DNA of 64,000 nt. It comes from Candidatus Latescibacterota bacterium. GTDB lineage: Bacteria; Latescibacterota; UBA2968; UBA8231. Positions 1 through 9,739 of the stretch are shown piece after piece; the stretch's first letter is position 1; every line of letters starts with the position of its first letter. A program made the position numbers and the translations under genes. The notes beneath the pieces were generated by a model. The model saw only the letters and a list, made by a program, of their open reading frames with translations. It did no database searches and was not told the origin of the DNA. The DNA is taken from positions 1,152,001 through 1,216,000 of the forward strand of contig OZ241889.1 of assembly GCA_965203355.1 (NCBI GenBank). The letters are read 5' to 3'.

Positions 1-18
1 CTGGCTTCGATAGGACCG

Positions 19-1785
19 CTAGGCGAGTTGCAACTGATGCAGACGGGCGTAGATGCCGCCTTGGGCCAACAGCTCTTCGTGGCGGCCTTCTTCGCGCAAC
101 TGGCCCCGGTGCAACACTAAAATTTTGTCGGCGCTGCGGATGGTGGAGAGGCGGTGGGCAATGACGATGGAAGTGCGGTCGCGCATCAGTTTTTCCACGG
201 CCTCTTGGATCCAGCCTTCGGTCTCGGTGTCGATGTGGGCGGTGGCTTCGTCCAACACCAAAATATCCGGGTCGGCGGCTAGGGCGCGGGCCAGGGACAA
301 AAGCTGACGCTGACCGGCCGACAGGGATGCGCCGCGCTCTTGCACGTCGTGCTGGTAGGTGCTGGGCAGGCGGTCGATGAAGCGGTCGGCGTTGACATAG
401 CGGGCCGCTTGGGCGACGGCTGCGTTCGATAGCTCGGGCGCACCGAAACGGATGTTACTGGCAATGTCGCCGGCAAAGAGAAAGACGTCCTGCTGCACCA
501 GACCGAAGCGCCGCCGCAGTGCTTCCACATTCCACGTGCGGATGTCGATCCCATCGACTAGGATCTGCCCTCGTTGAATTTCGTAAAAGCGGCACAGCAA
601 GCTGACGATGGTAGTTTTGCCCGAGCCGGTGGCTCCAACTAGCGCGAGGCTCTGGCCCGGCTCGACGCAGAAGGAAACGTCGCGCAGGACCCATTCTTCA
701 TCTTCATAAGCAAACCACACGTGGCGGAACTCAATGGCCCCGGCGATGCGGCCTTGGCGCACGGACCCGCCGATAGGCTCTGGCTCGGCGTCCATCAGTT
801 CAAAGATGCGCTCGGCGGAAGCCATAGCCACCTGCACGGTGGCGTATTCCTCGGCGAGGTTGCGGATGGGCATGAAGAAGCGGGGCACGTATTGCAGCAT
901 GGCCACCAAAACGCCCCAAGCGATTTCCTCGCGCAGCACTTGGCCGACGCCGTACCACAGCACCAGCGCCATCAGGGCCGCACCGCACAATTCCATGAAG
1001 GGAAAGTAAGCCGAGTGGTACAGGGTGCGGACTAAGCGGGCGTCGAGGTATTCGTCGGTGCCCTCGTTAAAGCGGCGGGTGCTGCGCGGCTCGCAGTTGA
1101 ACAGTTTTACTACTTCTATACCCGACAAGGTTTCTTGCAAATCGGCACTGAAGCGGGCAAAGTAGGTACGGGCTTGGCGGAAGGCTTGGTAGGTGCGGTT
1201 TTGCAGCCACAGGGTGGCGGCGAAAGCCACCGGCAAAAAGGCGCAAGTGAGCAGGCCCAATTCGACGTCGAGGTAGTAGAAGATGTAAAACAGAATGGAG
1301 GCGATGGTGACCGCTTCGGTTACTAGGGAGACCGCGCCGTAGGTGAAGAATTCGTTGAGCGCATCGACATCGCTGGTGTTGCGCGCCATCAGCCGACCGA
1401 TGGGCGTGCGGTCGAAGAACTTGAGCGGCAGGCACTGTAGGCGGGTGAAAATGTCGAGCCGCACGTCGCGCATGGTCCATTGGCCGACCATGCTGGTGAT
1501 CCAGCCCTGGGCATAGCCAATGGCAAATTGAGCGACCAGCAGTGCGGCGAAGAAAAGGACGAGGGTGCCTAGGCCGTCTAGATCGCCGGGCACGATGTGC
1601 TCGTCGACAGCTATTTTGGTCAGCACGGGACCGGCTTGGCGGGCCAGCGAAGCCGCGAGGATGAGCAACAACGTCGAGGCCGCCCAAGGCCAATAGGGCC
1701 GCAAGAAACCCAACAGCCTGGCCATTAGGCCGAGGTCAATGGATTTTTTGTCGATTTCCTGCTCGTCGCGGACGGTCGGTGGCAT
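19..1785 (-). CDS. ABC exporter half-transporter (permease + ATPase), MsbA/TmrAB-like
   Basis: TM N-half; Walker A GATGSGKT, LSAGQRQ, Walker B ILVLDEAT, IAHRLST. Start set at MPPTVRD (ATG 1785, AAGGA 8 nt upstream); the longer ORF overlaps res. Confidence 0.93.
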   Translation of the reverse strand: MPPTVRDEQEIDKKSIDLGLMARLLGFLRPYWPWAASTLLLILAASLARQAGPVLTKIAVDEHIVPGDLDGLGTLVLFFAALLVAQFAIGYAQGWITSMVGQWTMRDVRLDIFTRLQCLPLKFFDRTPIGRLMARNTSDVDALNEFFTYGAVSLVTEAVTIASILFYIFYYLDVELGLLTCAFLPVAFAATLWLQNRTYQAFRQARTYFARFSADLQETLSGIEVVKLFNCEPRSTRRFNEGTDEYLDARLVRTLYHSAYFPFMELCGAALMALVLWYGVGQVLREEIAWGVLVAMLQYVPRFFMPIRNLAEEYATVQVAMASAERIFELMDAEPEPIGGSVRQGRIAGAIEFRHVWFAYEDEEWVLRDVSFCVEPGQSLALVGATGSGKTTIVSLLCRFYEIQRGQILVDGIDIRTWNVEALRRRFGLVQQDVFLFAGDIASNIRFGAPELSNAAVAQAARYVNADRFIDRLPSTYQHDVQERGASLSAGQRQLLSLARALAADPDILVLDEATAHIDTETEGWIQEAVEKLMRDRTSIVIAHRLSTIRSADKILVLHRGQLREEGRHEELLAQGGIYARLHQLQLA

Positions 1786-1787
1786 TA
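1729..1787. repeat. 59-bp perfect direct repeat, copy forming the real start of the ABC gene
   Basis: gccgaggtcaatggattttttgtcgatttcctgctcgtcgcggacggtcggtggcatta is identical at 1729-1787 and 6155-6213. Confidence 0.97.
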
Positions 1788-1799
1788 TATGCGTCCTTG

Positions 1800-4391
1800 T
1801 CAACCCCTTCTCAAATACTTCGGCAGCTTGGTCTTCCATTCACTCATCAGGATCAGAGTGCCTTGCACCGTCTCGCCGTTGCTTTGGATAAGCTCCAGCT
1901 CGCCGGCTGGGGTAAAATCGCTCCAACCGAAGTTGTCGGACAGGAAGGATAGGACTTCACGCTTATAGGCCGTGTCGAGATGGTCGAGATGGTCGCCTTT
2001 GGTCTCAAGGACGGTGACTCCTTTACCTCGAACGGCGAAGATGAAGTCGGGATAGATTTTGGCTTTCTTCCAAGCCTGAATGCCGTACTGAGTACGCGCA
2101 ACGTTGCGATGCCACCATGAGAGTGCGTCTTCACTGTCTAGGTAGATCGCAACATCGCGCTCGTCTCGGTTAAACTCGTTTTCGTACATCGGTGCGAAGA
2201 GGCTCTTTTCCAACGGCCCACCCGTCGTGCTCACAAGCTGACGGGCATTCTCGGGCTCCATCGTCTCCGTTATAAACGGCATGCGCCAATTGCGACCGTC
2301 AAGACGCAGTCGGAACTGAATCCGGCCCCCCTTCACCTCCGCCTTGAATAAGGCTTCGGATCGCACGGTGCGCTCGGTATCCAAGCCCTGGCGCAGTTCC
2401 TCGACGATCAGACTGGCAAGCCCACCAAGTTTGGCCTCATCGAAGCCGCGCACTTTCAGGGCAGACAAGAGCTTGCCAACGATTTCCCGCCCGACGAATG
2501 GATTGGGCACAATATCCGATATCATCCTAACGACATACGCTGGGTCAAGGGCGAGAGTCTCGGCATTTTCACCAACCGTCTCACCGACGAACAATTCGTC
2601 CCCGTCATCGCTGAGTTTGATACGCTGAAGTTGGCTCTCGGCAGCTTGGGCATTGTCGGGAATACGAGTCGAGATGTCCTTCGGGTCGTAGCCACGCCAG
2701 TCAATGCACGACAACACATCAGTTTCATAGTCTAGATCGCGTGCCTCGGCTCCGTCCACAATCATGACCTTGGGCAGATAGATTTCCGTTGAAGCAAAAG
2801 CCGGTCGCCGATCGATTTTCCTTGCCACCCGCCCGCCTCCTGACGTGTCGTCTTGGGAGACCTGTAAGACCAGATCGCCGAGACCATCTTTCTCAAGACC
2901 ATTCTTGATAGCCTCCACGACTTTCGCAGTATTAGTGCGATGGGTTATGACGTGGCATTCGTCCAGTGCCGGCACCTCGGTCTTGATCGCACCCGGCTGA
3001 CGGAGAATTCGCCCTACGAGCTGGGTCATAGCCTTCAGGTTGGAATTGGCGGCTAAGGCACAAAGTAGATAGGCGAAGGGGCAGTCCCAGCCTTCTTGAA
3101 GCGCCTGCTTGGTGATGATGAAGCGGACGCGGTTCGTTGGCGACAGAAGATTCTGGTTTTCTGGCTGGTTCAGGTCGTTCTGTTCAGCCGTCTTGATTGC
3201 GATTTCCGCCTCGTCAAAGCCCGCCGTTAGAAGCCAGTCCTTTACGTCCTCTGCATGGATCTGCCCGCTTTTGCGTTGATCCGTGCCAGTGCGCTCTACC
3301 TGTATCAGCATGATGGGCCGAATGTAGTACCCCGTGTCGGCCTGGAGCTTCCGAGCCTCATTGCCGAGATCGCAGAGCTTGGCGACAGCGGCGTTCAAGG
3401 TCGCCTTCCAGTCATTGCCTTGCCGGGGATCGAGATTGAGAGGCATCTTGATCATGCCCTCACGGTCCAGATCGCGCCCCGTCACTTCAACCAGAACATT
3501 CGCATATCGACCTGCATGGGGGTTCCTGCCGCCACGAGGCTGTACGTCTTGGGGCGTCGCCGTGAGTTCCAGCACGAAGCACGGGTTGAAATCGTAGAGC
3601 GTCCGAAACGCCAAATCGGTAATAGCCCGGTGTCCCTCGTCGAGCACCACGACGGGGCGTATGATTCGCAGGGCGTTCCCGAGCGAATCCTTTACCATCG
3701 GGAATATGTCGTTATAGCCATCTAGGTTGGGTGTCTGATCAAGTGCCACCTTGTGGGCGTACTGTTCCCCCTCGGGGGGGAAGAAGCCATACACATCGCC
3801 GCGATCCTGAAACATTTTCAGCGAGTCCCGGTTCTGTCGGTTCGAAGATTGCAGCATCAAAAGCATGACGCAGAGATTGGTTTCCACATCGCGGGCATTG
3901 AGGGGGTCGGTCTTCTCCATAATCCGCACCCGGCCGGCGGCGGCGCGATCAAGTGCCTGCCGGTAGGGGTGTTGGCGGTCCTTCAAATGCTTCAGCGTCT
4001 GGGTATAGATCGCTTCGTTGGGGACGATCCAGAGCACAAAGCCCGTGTTGCGGTTGAGATAGCGGCCCATAATCCGCGAAACGGCAGAGATCGCGAGATA
4101 GGTCTTGCCACCGCCCGTCGGGACCTTCAGGACGGCGTTTGGTACAGGCCGATTGCATCCGTCCATGCGGGGCGAGAAAGGAATCGCTGCACGGGAGGCC
4201 GGGAGTTTGTCGTTTACTTTCAGGGCTTCCCATGCCTCCTTGGCGAAATCCGGGATCGGGAGGTCGAGATCGGGTCTTTCTATGGTAAGTGCGGCGATCT
4301 GGTCGGAGCGGCTCTTTTCTTTTTTTAGAAGATCGAGATGAACGTCAATGGCCGTAAGGACGCGGTCTTGGTAGTCGAGTTGGCGGAACAT
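1800..4391 (-). CDS. res: Type III restriction endonuclease/helicase subunit (Res)
   Basis: PTGGGKT, DEGH, LTATP, LQEGWD, QLVGRILR, C-terminal YPDFI...LETKG nuclease motif; directly downstream of mod. Confidence 0.9.
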   Translation of the reverse strand: MFRQLDYQDRVLTAIDVHLDLLKKEKSRSDQIAALTIERPDLDLPIPDFAKEAWEALKVNDKLPASRAAIPFSPRMDGCNRPVPNAVLKVPTGGGKTYLAISAVSRIMGRYLNRNTGFVLWIVPNEAIYTQTLKHLKDRQHPYRQALDRAAAGRVRIMEKTDPLNARDVETNLCVMLLMLQSSNRQNRDSLKMFQDRGDVYGFFPPEGEQYAHKVALDQTPNLDGYNDIFPMVKDSLGNALRIIRPVVVLDEGHRAITDLAFRTLYDFNPCFVLELTATPQDVQPRGGRNPHAGRYANVLVEVTGRDLDREGMIKMPLNLDPRQGNDWKATLNAAVAKLCDLGNEARKLQADTGYYIRPIMLIQVERTGTDQRKSGQIHAEDVKDWLLTAGFDEAEIAIKTAEQNDLNQPENQNLLSPTNRVRFIITKQALQEGWDCPFAYLLCALAANSNLKAMTQLVGRILRQPGAIKTEVPALDECHVITHRTNTAKVVEAIKNGLEKDGLGDLVLQVSQDDTSGGGRVARKIDRRPAFASTEIYLPKVMIVDGAEARDLDYETDVLSCIDWRGYDPKDISTRIPDNAQAAESQLQRIKLSDDGDELFVGETVGENAETLALDPAYVVRMISDIVPNPFVGREIVGKLLSALKVRGFDEAKLGGLASLIVEELRQGLDTERTVRSEALFKAEVKGGRIQFRLRLDGRNWRMPFITETMEPENARQLVSTTGGPLEKSLFAPMYENEFNRDERDVAIYLDSEDALSWWHRNVARTQYGIQAWKKAKIYPDFIFAVRGKGVTVLETKGDHLDHLDTAYKREVLSFLSDNFGWSDFTPAGELELIQSNGETVQGTLILMSEWKTKLPKYLRRG

Positions 4392-4395
4392 GTCA

Positions 4396-6009
4396 TCAAC
4401 TCTGGTCTATGCGATAGAGTGCGTAGGGCAGGGGCACAAACTCCACGGGGATGTTCTGCTCGGTCAGCATCTTTTGGCTCACGAAGCGGGTAGAGGCAAA
4501 GACTAGGTGGCGTTTGTCCGGGACCGTCTCCGCAAATTCCTTGGCACGTGTGAGTGTCAGCGCGGAGTCAGGTGACTTCAGCCAGTCGAGATCGGGTTTG
4601 TAGATCAGCCAGACATGCTGGTCCTCGGTCGCGCCGAGATAGAAGTCCGCCTCGCGCACGGTCGCGGGAGTGAGGGCACTGTTGGTCGCCATGTGGAAAA
4701 GTGGTGCAGCAATTCCCAAATAGGAAGGCAGTGTTTCGCCGTTCAGTACCTTGTCTAGTTCGACCGGTGTACCTAGGGTGTAATAGGTGAAGGTGCCGCC
4801 CAGCCCTTCCCGCAAAGACTGAGCCGACGGAACGCCCTTGATGACGTGGCGCACTCGCTCGGCGGTAGTTGTGTCGGCGTATTTCTCACACTCCACCAAG
4901 ATAAACCTGCGATTGCCGCCATCCTCTTTATTGAGTGCCAAGACGGCGTGGGCGGTGGTGCCGCTGCCGGCAAAAGAGTCGAGAACGATAGCGTCTTTTC
5001 TACGCAATATTGCCAGCAAAAACTTCACTAGCTTTGTCGGTTTGGGTTGCGGAAACACTCCCCCCCTGCCGAATAGATCTTGAAGCTCTCGTGTGCCGTC
5101 CTTGTTAAACCCTACCTCTTCTGGCGAAAGAATCGCGTCAGGCGGTTGCCCTTCTTGGACTTCGTTCAGATACCGCTTTGCTTTGGGTTCTCTGCCGGAG
5201 AATACAATGCGATTCCCCTGTTCCATTTCTCGCAGTTTGCATTTCGAGTATCTGGGGTAGCTTCCAGTGGGAGGCTGCCAAATGGTACCATTTGCGAAGG
5301 TGAATATGTAAGGTTCGTAATAGTTTCTTGCATGGATAGGATCAAGCTTGTACTTACCGCGCCCATCATTGTCATCATGCGGATACTTGCTTGCCTTGTC
5401 GGTAATGTGTCGAATGTAACGGGCCTTTTGTGAACTAAACCATGTCTTATCCTTTGCATACGCGAGAACATAGTCAGCGTTGAGGTTAAAGTCCTTGCTG
5501 GAATTGCGGACGGTGTGCATTGCTCTTCTCGTGAGAACAGTAAAAAAATTGATGTCTCCGAAAATTTCATCCATCATCATCCGTAGATGGTGCTGTTCGT
5601 TATCGTCAATAGATACGAAAATCACGCCGTTATCGGCCAGTAATTCCCGCAGTAATCGCAGACGGGGCCACATCATTGCACACCACTTGTCGTGGCGCAG
5701 ACCGTCCTCAATCCCTACCGGGTTCGAATCGAGCCACTCCTTGATCATCGGAGAATTTACGTTGTCGTTATAGCACCAGCTTTCGTTACCGGTGTTGTAA
5801 GGCGGATCGATGTAGATGCAGTCCACCTTGCCCGCGTAGAGCGGCAGAAGTGCCTTGAGGGCGTGTAGGTTGTCGCCGTGAATGATCAGGTTGCCGTCAA
5901 GCGCGACCGGGCCAATGCCCTTGGTCTCGTCCGGGACGAGTGGACGGAAGGGTACGGCGAGGTGATGGTTGTAGACAAATTCCTTGCCTTTGAAATTCAG
6001 ATCGGTCAT
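4396..6009 (-). CDS. mod: Type III R-M adenine methyltransferase (Mod)
   Basis: IHGDNL, IYIDPPYNTG, PKP, VLDSFAGSGTT; AT-richer central target-recognition region. Confidence 0.93.
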   Translation of the reverse strand: MTDLNFKGKEFVYNHHLAVPFRPLVPDETKGIGPVALDGNLIIHGDNLHALKALLPLYAGKVDCIYIDPPYNTGNESWCYNDNVNSPMIKEWLDSNPVGIEDGLRHDKWCAMMWPRLRLLRELLADNGVIFVSIDDNEQHHLRMMMDEIFGDINFFTVLTRRAMHTVRNSSKDFNLNADYVLAYAKDKTWFSSQKARYIRHITDKASKYPHDDNDGRGKYKLDPIHARNYYEPYIFTFANGTIWQPPTGSYPRYSKCKLREMEQGNRIVFSGREPKAKRYLNEVQEGQPPDAILSPEEVGFNKDGTRELQDLFGRGGVFPQPKPTKLVKFLLAILRRKDAIVLDSFAGSGTTAHAVLALNKEDGGNRRFILVECEKYADTTTAERVRHVIKGVPSAQSLREGLGGTFTYYTLGTPVELDKVLNGETLPSYLGIAAPLFHMATNSALTPATVREADFYLGATEDQHVWLIYKPDLDWLKSPDSALTLTRAKEFAETVPDKRHLVFASTRFVSQKMLTEQNIPVEFVPLPYALYRIDQS

Positions 6010-6121
6010 CTCGTCTCCTCGCCTTGTTCTTTGTTTGCCCGAGCGTCATTTCGCCCTTTGCTGGCATCTATTTCAAAGTCGCGATTATCATCGGCGGGAA
6101 CCGACGGTGCGCTATTCCTAG

Positions 6122-6150
6122 CATATACGCAGGCTGCCAAACCTCGTCAA
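6122..6150 (-). promoter_or_regulatory. Putative sigma70 promoter for mod-res
   Basis: Minus strand TTGACG-17 bp-TATATG, starting 4 bp inside the insertion junction. Confidence 0.5.
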
Positions 6151-6154
6151 GTAA

Positions 6155-6213
6155 GCCGAGGTCAATGGATTTTTTGTCGATTTCCTGCTCGTCGCGGACG
6201 GTCGGTGGCATTA
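6155..6213. repeat. 59-bp direct repeat, orphan copy (dead 5' fragment of the downstream ABC gene)
   Basis: Identical to 1729-1787; its ATG overlaps the upstream ABC stop as TAATG. Confidence 0.97.
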
Positions 6214-7956
6214 GAGGTCGCTCAATTCCTCGGTGAGGTGCTGGCGGCGGTACATGTCGGCGTACAGGCCATCGTGCGCGAGTAATTCGGCGTGGGTGCC
6301 CTCTTCGACAATGCGCCCTTCGTCGAGCGCGATGATGTGGTCCGCGTCCATGACGGTGGAGATGCGATGGGCAATGAGAATGGTGGTGCGCTCGGCCATG
6401 ATGTTGCGCAGGCGCTTGAGGATTTGCTCTTCGGTGCGGGTGTCGACGCTGGCCAAGGCGTCGTCGAGGATGAGGATTTTCGGTTGTCGCACAACCGAGC
6501 GGGCGAGGGCTGTGCGCTGCTTTTGCCCGCCCGACAGGGTGACGCCGCGCTCGCCGACGATGGTGCCCAGCCCTTGGGGAAAGGTCTCGAGGTCCGCGGC
6601 TAGTTGGGCCACCTCAAGGGCGCGTTCAACGTCGTCCGCGGTGGCCGAGTCGAGGGCGATGTTGTCGCGGATGCTCTCGGAGAACAGGAAGGTGTCTTGC
6701 GGCACGTAGCCGATGGCGTCGCGAAAGGTGCGCAGCGACATTTGTTCAATGGGTTTGCCGTCAATGAGCACTTGGCCCTCGCCGGCTTGGATGAGGCGGG
6801 GGATGAGCCGGGCGAGGGTACTCTTGCCCGACCCGACCCGACCGACGATGGCTAGGGTGCTGCCAGCCGGAATGTGGACCTCTATATCGCGTAGCACGGC
6901 TTGGCCGTTATAGGCAAAAGAGGCGCGGCGAAATTCGATTTCGCCTTGGATCGCCAAGCCGTCGCTTGGGTGCTGGTCGGGCTGGGACTTTTCTTTGAGC
7001 ACGGACTCAATGCGCAGCATGGAAGCCATGGCGCGTTGGTATTCATCGACGATGCGGCCCATCATCATCATCGGGCGGCTCATGCGGATCAAGTAGGCGT
7101 TGAAGGCGACAAAGGCGCCCAAGGTGAGCGTCCCTTCGACGACGCGGATGCCGCCCAGCCACAAAATGAACACCATGGACAGGCCGCTGATGAGGAAGGT
7201 AAAGGGGAAAAACGTGCTGTAGAGGTAGATTAGGCTGCGGTTGCGCTCGACGTATTCGTCGTTGAGCTGGGTGAAGCGGTCGATCTCGCCGCGTCGGCGG
7301 GCAAATGCCTTGACCACGCGCACGCCCGCGAGGTTTTCCTGTAAGCAGGTGCTAATGGCGGCAAATTGCTCTTGTACCAACTGATAGCGTCGGCGTACTT
7401 TGCCGCCTACCAAGCGCAAGATCGCGGTCATAATGGGCATGGGCAACAGCGCGTACAGGGTCAGTTGCCAGTCGTACAGGCACATGGCTGCCATGCTGAA
7501 GCTGAAGCCGAGCAGAGCGCTGAGGAACATGCGGAAGCCATGGCTGAGGTAGCGCTGGACGGCTTCGACGTCGTTGGTCGCTCGGGCCATTAAATCGCCG
7601 GTTCGGGCTTGTTGGAAGTAGCCCAAGGGCAAGGTGAGCAGGTGGGCGAAATAGCGCTGGCGGATGTCGCGCTCGACTCGGTACGAGGTGGCGGCTAAGT
7701 GCCAGCGCATACCAAAGGCCATGCTCCACTGTACCAGCCCCAAGCCGACGATGAGTGCCGCGTAATACGGCAGAAAAGTCAGGTCCGGCACCGTTTGATC
7801 TAGGCTGGCTCGGGCTTGGTTGATGACGCGTTCGAGGACGAGGGGGATGGAGACGGAAGCGAGCTGTTCGCCGAGCAAAAAGGCTAAGCCGACGACTAAG
7901 GCCCAGCGATAGGGGCGAAGGTGCGCGGCAAACGGTTTGAAGGGATTGAGGCTCAT
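6211..7956 (-). CDS. ABC exporter half-transporter, partner of 19..1785
   Basis: TM domain; GRVGSGKS, LSGGQKQR, LILDD (degenerate site typical of heterodimeric exporters). Confidence 0.93.
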   Translation of the reverse strand: MSLNPFKPFAAHLRPYRWALVVGLAFLLGEQLASVSIPLVLERVINQARASLDQTVPDLTFLPYYAALIVGLGLVQWSMAFGMRWHLAATSYRVERDIRQRYFAHLLTLPLGYFQQARTGDLMARATNDVEAVQRYLSHGFRMFLSALLGFSFSMAAMCLYDWQLTLYALLPMPIMTAILRLVGGKVRRRYQLVQEQFAAISTCLQENLAGVRVVKAFARRRGEIDRFTQLNDEYVERNRSLIYLYSTFFPFTFLISGLSMVFILWLGGIRVVEGTLTLGAFVAFNAYLIRMSRPMMMMGRIVDEYQRAMASMLRIESVLKEKSQPDQHPSDGLAIQGEIEFRRASFAYNGQAVLRDIEVHIPAGSTLAIVGRVGSGKSTLARLIPRLIQAGEGQVLIDGKPIEQMSLRTFRDAIGYVPQDTFLFSESIRDNIALDSATADDVERALEVAQLAADLETFPQGLGTIVGERGVTLSGGQKQRTALARSVVRQPKILILDDALASVDTRTEEQILKRLRNIMAERTTILIAHRISTVMDADHIIALDEGRIVEEGTHAELLAHDGLYADMYRRQHLTEELSDL

Positions 7957-8037
7957 GCGTTGTTTGGTGGAACGCTAATAACCCACTTAGACTAATACAT
8001 TTATAACCCGTGTCAAAGCACAAAGGCGATCCACTCG

Positions 8038-8187
8038 ATGAATGCTTTCAGCGTGATTCTCGACGGAATCAAGCGTTGGGAGGGCGATGGGTGTTTTGTA
8101 CGCGAAGCGGTCTTTTCGCACGAGGAAAACGATCTTCTGTTCATAGATCACAGAATAGTGGTCAACGGTAGCGCGGGATTTGTTTGA
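8038..8187 (+). pseudogene. Possible N-terminal remnant of a PhyH-type dioxygenase
   Basis: 49-codon ORF with RWEGDGCFVREAVFSHEENDLL, resembling the PhyH N-terminal xxDGY motif; weak. Confidence 0.25.
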
Positions 8188-8243
8188 AGGATACGAAATG
8201 GTCCGGGAGCGACCGGCCAGCCAACGCGAAAGAGAGAGGAACC

Positions 8244-9137
8244 ATGGGAAACTTGACTAAACGCACCCTAGGCCGCACGGGGATTGAGGTCACCCAACTC
8301 GGCTTTGGAGCAGCCGAGCGCGGCCTGCCAGATGAAGCCGAGTACGACGCCCGCGCCGGCAGCGTATTAAATGCGGCGCTCGATGCCGGGATCAACCTCG
8401 TTGATACGGCCCCGGATTACGGCGCGAGCGAGGAGCGGATCGGCCAGTATCTTAGCCATCGCCGCGCCGAGTTTTTTTTAGCTACCAAGTGCGGTTGCAA
8501 CATTGACGAGGATGGCAACAGACTGGCCCCAAGCCACTTGTGGACGGCCGAGCGCTTGCGCACCAACATCGACCAGAGCCTGCGCCGCCTAAAGACCGAC
8601 TGCGTAGATCTGCTCCAGATGCACAATCCCACCGTGGAAGATGTAGCGCTGGGCGGGCTGATCGAAGTGCTCGAAGATATTCGACAGAAGGGCAAGACCC
8701 GTTTTATTGGCGTGTCTTCCACGCTGCCGCATTTGGCCTCATTCGTGGAGTCGGGTGCGTTTGATGTGTTTCAGATTCCCTACTCCGCGCTGGAGCGCCA
8801 GCACGAGCGGATTATTCAGCAAGCAGCCGACGCTGGGGCGGGCATTCTCATTCGCGGCGGCATCAGCTTGGGGCACCGAGCCAATGAGGAGCGCCAGTCG
8901 AAATGGGAGCGGTCTGGTCTCGACCGACTCACCGGCGAGATGAGTCGCCACGAGTTTATCTTGCGCTTCACCCTGGCGCATCCAGCGTGTCACACGACGA
9001 TTGTCGGCACGACGAATCCCGAACACATGAAGGCTAATGTCGCTGCGGCCTTGGCGGGGCCATTGCCCGCGGATCGCTATGCAGAGGCGAAGGCCAAGCT
9101 GGCGAGTATTGGCGAGGAGCCGGACACACGCGATTAG
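8244..9137 (+). CDS. Aldo/keto reductase
   Basis: RTLGRTG, LGFG, DTAPDYG, ATKCG, SLRRLKTDCVDLLQMH; RBS GAGGA before ATG 8244. Confidence 0.92.
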   Translation: MGNLTKRTLGRTGIEVTQLGFGAAERGLPDEAEYDARAGSVLNAALDAGINLVDTAPDYGASEERIGQYLSHRRAEFFLATKCGCNIDEDGNRLAPSHLWTAERLRTNIDQSLRRLKTDCVDLLQMHNPTVEDVALGGLIEVLEDIRQKGKTRFIGVSSTLPHLASFVESGAFDVFQIPYSALERQHERIIQQAADAGAGILIRGGISLGHRANEERQSKWERSGLDRLTGEMSRHEFILRFTLAHPACHTTIVGTTNPEHMKANVAAALAGPLPADRYAEAKAKLASIGEEPDTRD

Positions 9138-9141
9138 GGCT

Positions 9142-9588
9142 TCACGCTGGTGCTGGTTTCAAGCGGTCCAGTGCTGCTTGGATAGCGGCGGTCAGGGCCT
9201 CGGGCTCGTCCGTGCCAATGCGGCAGGTCTTACCGCTCTTCATTTTTAGCTCCACGGCCTCCAGTCCCGAAACATTGTAGAGCCAGCCGTGGGGCGTCAG
9301 GCGAATGCCCCAGCCGTAGATCCAAGCGTTTTTCACCGGCCGGCAGGTGTCGATCTGAGCGAGCGGGAAGCGCTTGCGGATCAGGCCGATGCCAAAGCGG
9401 ATGCGGAGATGCTCGGCGTTGATCTCGACCGTCAGGCTGGCAAACAGCGCTAGGGCTGCGGCTTGGACTGCTACTATGCCGCCTAGCAGCGGGATGGTGG
9501 CTATGTTGCCTCCCCACAGTATGACGGCCGAGGCGATGACGATTACGATGCCTACCTTGCCGAACTGGGAGTGGCGATAGGTGTTCAC
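9142..9588 (-). CDS. Small two-TM membrane protein with bPH-like C-terminus
   Basis: YRHSQ, two hydrophobic helices, GWGIR...WLYNVSGLEAVEL...IGTDEP; GTG start inferred. Confidence 0.7.
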   Translation of the reverse strand: MNTYRHSQFGKVGIVIVIASAVILWGGNIATIPLLGGIVAVQAAALALFASLTVEINAEHLRIRFGIGLIRKRFPLAQIDTCRPVKNAWIYGWGIRLTPHGWLYNVSGLEAVELKMKSGKTCRIGTDEPEALTAAIQAALDRLKPAPA

Positions 9589-9739
9589 TGCATCTATTCC
9601 TGCGAGGGTTTGATCCACAGGCCCGACAGCTTGCCGTCGTGCTCGAGGACGAGGTGATGCGGTACTGTACCGGCCTTTGCAGCGGTGGATAAGTAGGTGC
9701 GGAATACACACCGCTAAATCGTAATAAAAGGAGAATCAC

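Noticed and set aside
1786-1839. 18-aa N-terminal extension of the first ABC ORF
   Set aside because: Overlaps res; the duplicated segment and RBS place the start at 1785.
1729-6213. Prophage or integrative element with att sites
   Set aside because: No integrase, phage or conjugation genes between the repeats; action in trans cannot be excluded.
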